Origin: Isosphaeraceae bacterium | GTDB taxonomy: Bacteria > Planctomycetota > Planctomycetia > Isosphaerales > Isosphaeraceae | Assembly: GCA_965201075.1 (NCBI GenBank) | Contig: CBDAVP010000016.1 | Coordinates: 490,660-510,659, forward strand | Reading direction: 5' to 3' | DNA: 20,000 nt | Part shown: one piece after another, positions 7,898 through 15,154 of the stretch | Layout of the letters: the number at the start of each line of letters is the position of its first letter | Numbering within the stretch: position 1 is the first letter of the stretch | Notes under the pieces: generated by a model | The model's input: the letters and a program-made list of their open reading frames with translations, nothing else | What the model was told of the DNA's origin: nothing | Databases searched by the model: none | Made by a program: the position numbers and the translations under genes

Positions 7898-8810
7898 TCA
7901 GGCGCTGCGGGCGCGTCGGCTGTCGAGCGGAAAGCCGGCGATCCGTTCCAGGACGGCGATGGGCGATGACTCGGGAAAACACCAGGCTGCCCCGGCGGAC
8001 GATGAAGGTCTGCTCCATCGCGTACTGGCCGCTGATGCAGGAGTGGCTGGTGGTGTCGGTGAAGCAGGTCCAGGAGGACAGGGGCGGGAACTCCCAGCGG
8101 TCCTTGGGACAATTTTGCTGGAAGTCGTCGCTTTCCTTGAGGAAGTGGTGGAACCGGAGCATGAACTGGTCATAGGGCGGGCGGTCGACCACCGGCAGGC
8201 CGGCGGTGGACAGCAGTTTCAGGGCATGCGACCGAAGGCGAGCCAGTGTGGTCGGCTCGTGGGGCAGGCCGGCCTTGGCGGCGTACTGCCAGGCCAGGGC
8301 CTCGAAACTGTCGGAGGTGATCCAGACCCGCGAGCGGTCCGGGTTGACGTTGGTGAAGACCCTCAACAGGCGGTCGCCGTGGGAGGGGCGGGAGGGGAAG
8401 TTGTCGACGTGGATGAGGTCGTTGCGCGACCGTTGGGAGACCTTGCGGCCGTTTTCCTCGATCGGGCGGAAGCTGGCGAAGTCAATCTTCCAGTCGTTGG
8501 CGTATCGGCTGAAGAACCGGGCCATGAAGCTGATGGCCGACTGGGAGTAGGCCCGCATGATGTCGCGAGTCTTCTCGCGGGCCTCTCCGTCCTTCTGGTC
8601 GACCCCCTTGAGCAGGTCCTGGGCCGGCCGGTAGCTGATGTTTTTGTGGTACGAGGCGTCCACCTGCTTCTGGGAGAGCAGGAAGGAGCGTTCCGCCTCG
8701 TTGAGACCGAAGGGGGAGGTGGGGAAGAAAACGATGTCGCCGGATTCCAGGCGGGCGTAGTCATCGGACGAGGCGGTTGCCTGATCTCGGTCGATGGAGA
8801 TGCGTGCCAT
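7898..8810 (-). CDS. kdoO: Kdo hydroxylase family (KdoO-like Fe(II)/2-oxoglutarate dioxygenase) with an apparent 1-nt frameshift near 7976-7979; as sequenced, the frame runs to 7821
   Basis: HKNISY, DLIHVDNFPSRPSHGDRLLRVFTNVNP, YDQFMLRFHHFLK and FTDTTSHSCISGQYAMEQTF match KdoO. The expected tail PESSPIAVLERIAGFPL lies in another frame (stop 7898). GGAGGGG RBS. Confidence 0.85.
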
Positions 8811-8914
8811 GAGCCCCTCCTGGGCATTGAGAGCGAATCCTTCGAGTCCGGCGGCGTCGCCGGCGCGAACCTGGTCCAGGCCGTCCCCTCGCGGTTGGGC
8901 GGTGGATGCTTGGC

Positions 8915-10231
8915 TTACGTGTCAAGGGTGGCGAACAAGGGGGTGTGCGGTTGCGGAGGTGATAGGTCTCGGCGGGTCGCGGCATCATGGCGGGACCGTT
9001 TCGGCTGGTCAAGGCGGATTTCCAGCCGCGCGACCTGGCCCATTCGCGACGCATGACGCGCCAGCCAGCCCGCGAAGACCAGGCTACCCAGGGGCAACGC
9101 GGCCGTCACCAGCGGGTAGCGAGCCATCAAGGGACGTTCGAACAGTTCCAGACCCAGCACCATCGTCAAGGCATAGGCCAGGATCGCGCCCGCCTGGCCC
9201 CTGCGACGCTCGCAAGATCGGACGACCGCCCAGGCCACCGTCGGGGCCAGCACGACATAGGTGGCATGTTCGACCGACGGGCCAAACGCCATCAGGTAGG
9301 CCGATCCCATCGCCAGCGTCGCGGTCAGGACCACGCGACGGTCGCCGGTTCGTCGCCGCAGGCAAAGGCACCAGGCCAGGACCATCAGCCCGGCGGCGAC
9401 CTGGAGGATCCGATAGGTCGGGACGTGGACCGGGTGGCCGGTCAGCTCCCACAACGTCCACAAGTCGCGGAAGCCGGGCCATCGGGTGGTCGCCGACCCG
9501 GCCAGCAGTCGGACCCAGTCGCGATACTGGTCCAGGACATACGGCCAGGGCCGGGTCAGGAACGGCAGGGCGGCTCCGGCAAGCAGCGTTGCGGCGAGCC
9601 GTCCCAGCAGTAACCGGGGGTGAAGCGCGACCAGCAAGGCCGCCAGGACGATTGGTGAGAGTTTGAGATAGACCGCCGCCGCCAGGGCCGCCGCCGCCCA
9701 CCAGCCTCGGCCCCTCGCCGTGGCCGAGACCGCGAGCAAGATCAGGCCAGCGACCAGGGGGTTGCTCTGCCCATTCCACGCCGGGCGGACCGTTCCCAGA
9801 AACGTGAGGGTGAGCAGGCACGCCAAACGGAGGGACGAATGGCGGCCAGGGAAGACGTCGCGAGCGGCTAGACGGAGGCCCCAGGCCATGACTCCCAGGT
9901 TCAGGACGTTCCAGAGGACCGCCGCGGCGCGATCCGGCAGCGCGGCCAGGGGGGAAAACGCCAGGGCGCAGGTCGGGCTGTAGCGGAAGACCTCGTACAC
10001 GTCGATCACGCCGGGGTAGTCGGCGTAGAGCGACTGGACGGCCCACCAGTGACGGGCTCCCTCGACGAACAGGGGGAAGACCGAGTGCTTTCGGGGGTTG
10101 AGCCCGGATTTCACCCCGAGCACGACGACCAGCACGACCCATAGAGCCACGGCCCGCCGCAACCACGGTTGGCAGCGGGGTTTGACGTGGGCGGGGTCGA
10201 TTCTCAATCGGTCCCGAGGTGGAGCGGTCAC
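8915..10231 (-). CDS. Glycosyltransferase family 87 / DUF2029-like GT-C membrane protein
   Basis: FRYSPTCALAFSPLAALP, AAVLWNVLN, WNGQSNPL and AVYLKLSP resemble GT87. Many TM helices. Start uncertain; GTG 10231 after GGGGAG was chosen. Confidence 0.8.
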   Translation of the reverse strand: MTAPPRDRLRIDPAHVKPRCQPWLRRAVALWVVLVVVLGVKSGLNPRKHSVFPLFVEGARHWWAVQSLYADYPGVIDVYEVFRYSPTCALAFSPLAALPDRAAAVLWNVLNLGVMAWGLRLAARDVFPGRHSSLRLACLLTLTFLGTVRPAWNGQSNPLVAGLILLAVSATARGRGWWAAAALAAAVYLKLSPIVLAALLVALHPRLLLGRLAATLLAGAALPFLTRPWPYVLDQYRDWVRLLAGSATTRWPGFRDLWTLWELTGHPVHVPTYRILQVAAGLMVLAWCLCLRRRTGDRRVVLTATLAMGSAYLMAFGPSVEHATYVVLAPTVAWAVVRSCERRRGQAGAILAYALTMVLGLELFERPLMARYPLVTAALPLGSLVFAGWLARHASRMGQVARLEIRLDQPKRSRHDAATRRDLSPPQPHTPLFATLDT

Positions 10232-10454
10232 GGCCGGAGACTCCCCATTTTGGCGGCGAACCACGGCCGTCGCCCGGCTTCCCCGAATCAAACGGGGTTC
10301 AGGCGTCGGCCATTGAGCGGCCCTTGGGGTGCGTGGGTCTCGGCGGCGGTCTCGGGGGCCTGGGCTTCGAGCGGCGGGGAGGCCGTCCGAACCCGATTGG
10401 GCGGGTCACCAGATCCGGGCCGAACGTTGCGGCCCGACGGCGACAATCGACCGA

Positions 10455-11303
10455 TCAGTCGAGCGAAACGGTCGGCGAGGGGCCGTCGTCGATGTGGTCG
10501 AGAATCAGGTCCACGGCCGAGGCGGTCGGCTCGCCGTGGCTGATCGCGTGGGTCCGGGGGCGGTCCAGGCGGTGGCCGTTGTCGAACCGCTCGCCAATGT
10601 AGTGCTTGCGGACGTCAGGGTCGCTGTAGATCTGCTCGCGGTTGCCTCGGGCGAAGACGCGGCCCTCGTGGATCACGTAGCTACGGTCGCTGACGTCCAG
10701 CACGTTCTCAAACGAGTGGTCGGTCAGCAAAATGCCGATGTTGTGCTGATCGGCCAGGTTACGGATGGCGTCCTGGATCTCGTTGACGGTCTTGGGGTCG
10801 ACGGCGGCGAATGGTTCGTCGAGCATGATGAGCTTCGGCTCCATCACCAGGCAACGGGCGATCTCGACCCGTCGCCGCTCGCCGCCCGAGACGCGGTTCC
10901 CCTTGGTCTTGCGGATGTGGAGCAGGCCGAATTGTTCCAAAAGCTCATCCTGCCGGCGCTTGCGGGCGCGGCGATCCATTCCGGGTCGGGTTTCCAGGAT
11001 CGCCATCAGGTTGTCTTCGACGGACAATTGCTTGAAGACGCTTTGTTCCTGCGGCAAGTAGCCCAGCCCGGCGCGGGCCCTCTGATACATGGCCAGCCTG
11101 CTGATGTCCTGGCCATTGAAGTTGACGGTACCGCCGTCGGCCGAGATCAGGCCAATGGTCATGCGGAAGCTGGTGGTCTTGCCCGCTCCGTTGGGTCCGA
11201 GCAGGCCGACGACCTCGCCGGGCTCGACCTCGAAGTCGACCCCTTTGACGACCTGGCGACGCCCGTACCACTTCTGCAAGCCGCGGACGTCCAGCAGAGG
11301 CAT
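10455..11303 (-). CDS. lptB: LPS export ABC transporter ATP-binding protein LptB
   Basis: GLLGPNGAGKTTSF, GYLPQEQSVF, SGGERRRVEIAR, LDEPFAAVDP and LLTDH. AAGGAGG RBS (11311-11317) before ATG 11303. Confidence 0.93.
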   Translation of the reverse strand: MPLLDVRGLQKWYGRRQVVKGVDFEVEPGEVVGLLGPNGAGKTTSFRMTIGLISADGGTVNFNGQDISRLAMYQRARAGLGYLPQEQSVFKQLSVEDNLMAILETRPGMDRRARKRRQDELLEQFGLLHIRKTKGNRVSGGERRRVEIARCLVMEPKLIMLDEPFAAVDPKTVNEIQDAIRNLADQHNIGILLTDHSFENVLDVSDRSYVIHEGRVFARGNREQIYSDPDVRKHYIGERFDNGHRLDRPRTHAISHGEPTASAVDLILDHIDDGPSPTVSLD

Positions 11304-11525
11304 GTGCCATCCTCCTTGCACCAAAGGCGCGACGGCGCGCCACCAGCCTCGGGCCGGTCCCCGGGCCCTCGGTCGGTGGGTCCGGCCGCACCTTTTACCC
11401 GGAACCCGCGAACCCCGCCAGGCGCGATTCGGACGGATTCAGCGCCATTTCGTTCTCACTTTGGGAGGACCAAAGGATTCTCCTTTCGCCGATTGATGTC
11501 CCTGCCCCGCCACCCACCGGGCCCC

Positions 11526-11577
11526 GAAATGAGGGACAGGCACCCGCGGAGTACTGCTGGAGCCAGTCCCCGATTTC
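11526..11577. repeat. 52-bp imperfect palindrome, REP-like element
   Basis: GAAATGAGGGACAGGCACC...GGAGCCAGTCCCCGATTTC: arms match 15/19 as an inverted repeat. Intergenic, 55 nt past the SPase stop. Confidence 0.6.
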
Positions 11578-11632
11578 AAGGCCAATGGAGAAATCAACGG
11601 CCCCGCGGACGTATTGGCCAGGTCGGTCTCGC

Positions 11633-13471
11633 TCAGTGGATCGTCTTCATCCGCTCGAAGTAGGGACGGAACGGGATGACGAAGTCGGGAGTGATGTGCA
11701 GGTTGGGCCAGAACGGGACGCCGTGCGGCCAGTAGATGAAGAACGCCTTGCCGACGATCTGGTCGGCGGGCACCTCGTTGAAGACGCGTGACTCGGGGTC
11801 CCAACCGGAATCCGGGTGGACCGCGAGCTGGTCGTCGTCGGTCCACGCCCGTCCGTCCTTGCTGTGCGGGCTGTTGTCCCCCAGCATCATGTAGTGGCCA
11901 GGGCGAATTTCATAGTTTTTCGAGGGGTTGACGACCAGGGCCGGGAACAGGGCGGGGTTGGCCAGAAGGTCGAAGATCGCGACCCCTCGACGGTCGTAAT
12001 CGTCGTAAGCGACCAGAAACGCCTGGGCCGCGTTGGTGTCGACCCGCCCCTCGTGAGCGGCGAGGCCGACGGCGCGACCGAGTCGGTGGGACGGGGGGGC
12101 GTCGTGTCCTCCGTAATCGGCCTCGCCGGGATAGAGGGTGTAATAGATGTCGCGCTTGAGGACGAGGCGTGAAACGCGAGCGCTCAGGCCGTTGACGGCG
12201 ACACTGGCGGGGTTGAGGTCCAGGGGGGTCGGGGTAGGGGGCGGGCCGAGGCGGTCGTCGTAGGGGACGCCGTCGCCGAAGGGCGTTGCGCCGTCGACCC
12301 ACAGGTTGAGCCGGCCGTCGACGTTGGCGAAGGTCAGGTCGTGCGAGCCCTCGCCTCGGAACCCGCAGGGGCGTGGTTTTGCGAGGGGGAGGTTCGCCGA
12401 GAACATCTGGGCGGTTCCGGCGGCCACGTCGATCTCGCAACGGGAGGCAACCCCCGCCCGCATCAGCTCCAACTTGATGCGCCCCTGATTGGTGGCGGCG
12501 TCGACCCGGCAAGCCAGCGTCAGGTCGCCGACCCAGTGGGGTTCGAGCATCTCGTGACCATCCCGGCGGGCCGAGTTCGAGCCGGTGTTGTAGGAGTTGA
12601 AGTCGGTGATCAGGGTCGGTCGGGGAGGGGTCGGCGGGTCGACTCCTCGGACCAGCGATGCCCATTGCTGAGGGTCGGGGACCAGGTGGCGGTAGGCGAG
12701 GGTCTGCCAGCCGGAGGTCCGACCGACGCCGTAAGTCCCGGGCTCGCCTTGCTTCCACTCGGTGTTGGGCCCGGGAACCCAGCGGAGCCAGTCGGCCTTG
12801 CCTTCGAGGGCCGCGGGGCGGTGGGCGTCGTCGTAGACCATGGTCTGCATCGCCTGCTGGTGAGCGGCGGGCTTGCGAGCGACGCGGAACGGCTGGTCGC
12901 GGGCCTCTTGAGGGCGGCTCAGCAAGTCGCCGCCGGAGACCCTCAGGCTTTCTCCCGGCAGGCCGACCAACCGCTTGATGTAGTTCTGCTCGGGGATCTC
13001 GGGATAGGCGAAGACGACCACGTCCCAGCGGGCCGGTCCCCCCGAGCCCGGCAGGTCGGGCAGCCGGTAGGGGAACTTCATCACCAGGATGCGGTCCCCC
13101 TTGAAGCTCGGCTCGTCGCCAACCGGCGCGGGGAACTGGCAATTGCTGCAAAGGCCCGACTTGACCCGAGTACTCTGCCCCGGCGCTGGGCGGTCGACTT
13201 CCTGCGAGGCATTGATGGGGAACGACTGGCCGCACTGCGGGCAGACGACGTCCTTGTGGCGGCCCATCAAGGTCGGCGCCATCGACCCGGTGGGGATCAC
13301 GAACGCCTCGACGGCGTAGGTGCGCACGAGCAGGGCCAGACAGAAGGCGACGGCGAGCGACTCGATGAGTTCGCGGTCAATCAGGGGGCGGCGAGCCGTT
13401 GGGACAGCGGCGGTGCGGGGCGAGCCGGCGGGTTCGGTGGGTCGGGGGATTGGGGTGGCGGTCCGGCTCAT
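11633..13471 (-). CDS. lepB: Signal peptidase I (S26), large form with CxxC..CxxC insert
   Basis: TM helix, then PTGSMAPTL (catalytic Ser), KGDRILVMK, RWDVVVF, YIKRLVGLPGE (catalytic Lys) and GDNSPHSKDGR. Start at ATG 13471; TTG 13543 overlapping the upstream stop is an alternative. Confidence 0.9.
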   Translation of the reverse strand: MSRTATPIPRPTEPAGSPRTAAVPTARRPLIDRELIESLAVAFCLALLVRTYAVEAFVIPTGSMAPTLMGRHKDVVCPQCGQSFPINASQEVDRPAPGQSTRVKSGLCSNCQFPAPVGDEPSFKGDRILVMKFPYRLPDLPGSGGPARWDVVVFAYPEIPEQNYIKRLVGLPGESLRVSGGDLLSRPQEARDQPFRVARKPAAHQQAMQTMVYDDAHRPAALEGKADWLRWVPGPNTEWKQGEPGTYGVGRTSGWQTLAYRHLVPDPQQWASLVRGVDPPTPPRPTLITDFNSYNTGSNSARRDGHEMLEPHWVGDLTLACRVDAATNQGRIKLELMRAGVASRCEIDVAAGTAQMFSANLPLAKPRPCGFRGEGSHDLTFANVDGRLNLWVDGATPFGDGVPYDDRLGPPPTPTPLDLNPASVAVNGLSARVSRLVLKRDIYYTLYPGEADYGGHDAPPSHRLGRAVGLAAHEGRVDTNAAQAFLVAYDDYDRRGVAIFDLLANPALFPALVVNPSKNYEIRPGHYMMLGDNSPHSKDGRAWTDDDQLAVHPDSGWDPESRVFNEVPADQIVGKAFFIYWPHGVPFWPNLHITPDFVIPFRPYFERMKTIH

Positions 13472-13539
13472 CGAGGAGAGTCCTGGCGCTGCCGACCGGG
13501 CGGGGCACGGCGGCCAGCCGCCTCCTTCGCGGCGTTCGT

Positions 13540-15093
13540 TCAACGAATGTAGCGGATTTCCCGGGGGTCGGGAACCCAGTACGTTTCCCCCCCGAAAACC
13601 TTCAAGGGCAACCCCTGGCTCGGCAGGTGGACCAGGAACGGCTTGCCCAGAAACTGGTCGGACCGCACCACCGGGGAGGCCGGCCAGAATCGCGAGTCGT
13701 TCGACACCGGGCTGTTGTCGCCCAGCACGAAGAATTCGCCCAGGCCCAGCCGGTAAGGCGCATCGACCCCGAAGGGCCGTTTCGGGGCCGAGGCGAGCGA
13801 GCCGGTGTAATACACGTCGCGGTCAATCCGCGGGTCGGCCACTTCGAGGGTTTCGCCCCCCGGGACGCCCAGGGACAGCGGCGAATCATCGGGACCAGGG
13901 CTCGGGGCGGGCTCGGGGTCGTCCAGGTCGAACGGGTCGAACTGGAGCACGCCATTCACGACAACACTCAGGCGGTGGTCCACCCACGAGGCTTCCAACT
14001 CAAAGGGTTCTCCCGCTCCGGCGGAGGCCGCGTCCCGACGCGCCAGGTGGATCGGCAAGTCCCGCCCGTTGTGTCGGACGCGGACCTCGCCGGGGGAAGC
14101 TCCCAGAGGAAGGCTGACCTGAAAGTGGTCGGGGCCGGGCTGGATGCGGACCAGCAGTTCAGTGGAATCGGCCGATGGCACGACTCGGGCCCTCAGCAAC
14201 AGGTCGACCACGCGATTCTCGCCTCGGACGTCGGCGCCGTTGTAGGGGGTGAAGTCGCGAATGGGCCCGTAGTTTTCGCGGTCGGGGTCCCAATGGCGGT
14301 ATTCGAGCCAGTCGGGCCGGGGCGAACCGGCTCCTTCGGTCGAGGGTCGATGGAGGAACCGACTGCCCTGCGAATGCCACCCCTCGGCCGGCTGGCGGAA
14401 CGTCCAGCGAGGGTAGCGGTCGACGTCGTCGGGCAGGAAGCGGTGGTCGTAGACCGGCACCCGGGTCGCGTGCTGTTCGTCGAGGGACTTGCGGGCGATC
14501 CGGCCGTCGACGTAGACGTCCCCCCCGCGGACCTGGATGGCCTCGCCCGGGAGCCCGACGACTCGTTTGACGTAAGCCTGGGTCGGTTCGGCGGGGTTCT
14601 GAAAGACGGCCACTTCCCAGCGACGCGGGGCCCGCCAGTCAAACAGGTGCTTCTGGACCAGGAGCCGGTCGCCATTGCGGTTGGTGGCCGGGGCGTGGTC
14701 GAGTTCGGCGTTGCCGCAATTGGGGCAAATCGGGCGAGCGGAACGCCCTTGCTCGTCCATGCCGACCGCGAACCTCAGGCCGCAACGCGGGCAGGTGACC
14801 TCGCGATGCATCCCCAGCAGAGTGGGAGCCATCGAGCCGGTGGGGACGATATACGCTTCGGCGGCAAAGGCCCGAAACATCAGCACGCAGACGATCAGGG
14901 CGGCGAGAAACTCGACGGTGGGCCGCGACGGGGCGTTCCCGGCCGCTGGGGATCGCTTGGGCGTGGGATTGGGAGTCGGCGAGGGGGCTGGCGACGGGTC
15001 GGGCGCCGGCGAGGGGCCCGTCGGGTGCGGATCGGGGATGGGCATCGGAGGATGGGGTCGGGGCGGCAGTGTCGCTCCGGCTTCGAGGTTCAT
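13540..15093 (-). CDS. lepB: Signal peptidase I (S26), second paralogue with CxxC..CxxC insert and Pro-rich N-terminus
   Basis: PTGSMAPTL, NGDRLLVQK, RWEVAVF, YVKRVVGLPGE and GDNSPVSNDSR. ATG 15093 has GGGAGG 7 nt upstream; ATG 15045 is an alternative. Confidence 0.9.
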   Translation of the reverse strand: MNLEAGATLPPRPHPPMPIPDPHPTGPSPAPDPSPAPSPTPNPTPKRSPAAGNAPSRPTVEFLAALIVCVLMFRAFAAEAYIVPTGSMAPTLLGMHREVTCPRCGLRFAVGMDEQGRSARPICPNCGNAELDHAPATNRNGDRLLVQKHLFDWRAPRRWEVAVFQNPAEPTQAYVKRVVGLPGEAIQVRGGDVYVDGRIARKSLDEQHATRVPVYDHRFLPDDVDRYPRWTFRQPAEGWHSQGSRFLHRPSTEGAGSPRPDWLEYRHWDPDRENYGPIRDFTPYNGADVRGENRVVDLLLRARVVPSADSTELLVRIQPGPDHFQVSLPLGASPGEVRVRHNGRDLPIHLARRDAASAGAGEPFELEASWVDHRLSVVVNGVLQFDPFDLDDPEPAPSPGPDDSPLSLGVPGGETLEVADPRIDRDVYYTGSLASAPKRPFGVDAPYRLGLGEFFVLGDNSPVSNDSRFWPASPVVRSDQFLGKPFLVHLPSQGLPLKVFGGETYWVPDPREIRYIR

Positions 15094-15154
15094 GAAAGCG
15101 CCTCCCACCTTGAAACGCCGACGTCGGGTCGGAGGATCGCCAGCTCCCTCGTCC

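Noticed and set aside
8897..8925. Perfect TTGACA (minus strand, 8925-8920) upstream of kdoO
   Set aside because: No credible -10 at 16-18 nt spacing (CCGCCC), and it lies in the last codons of the GT87-like gene.
11446..11486. AAAGGAG followed by a tiny minus-strand TTG ORF (MVLPK*) as a possible leader peptide
   Set aside because: Five codons, a weak start and no informative codon run; cannot be distinguished from chance.
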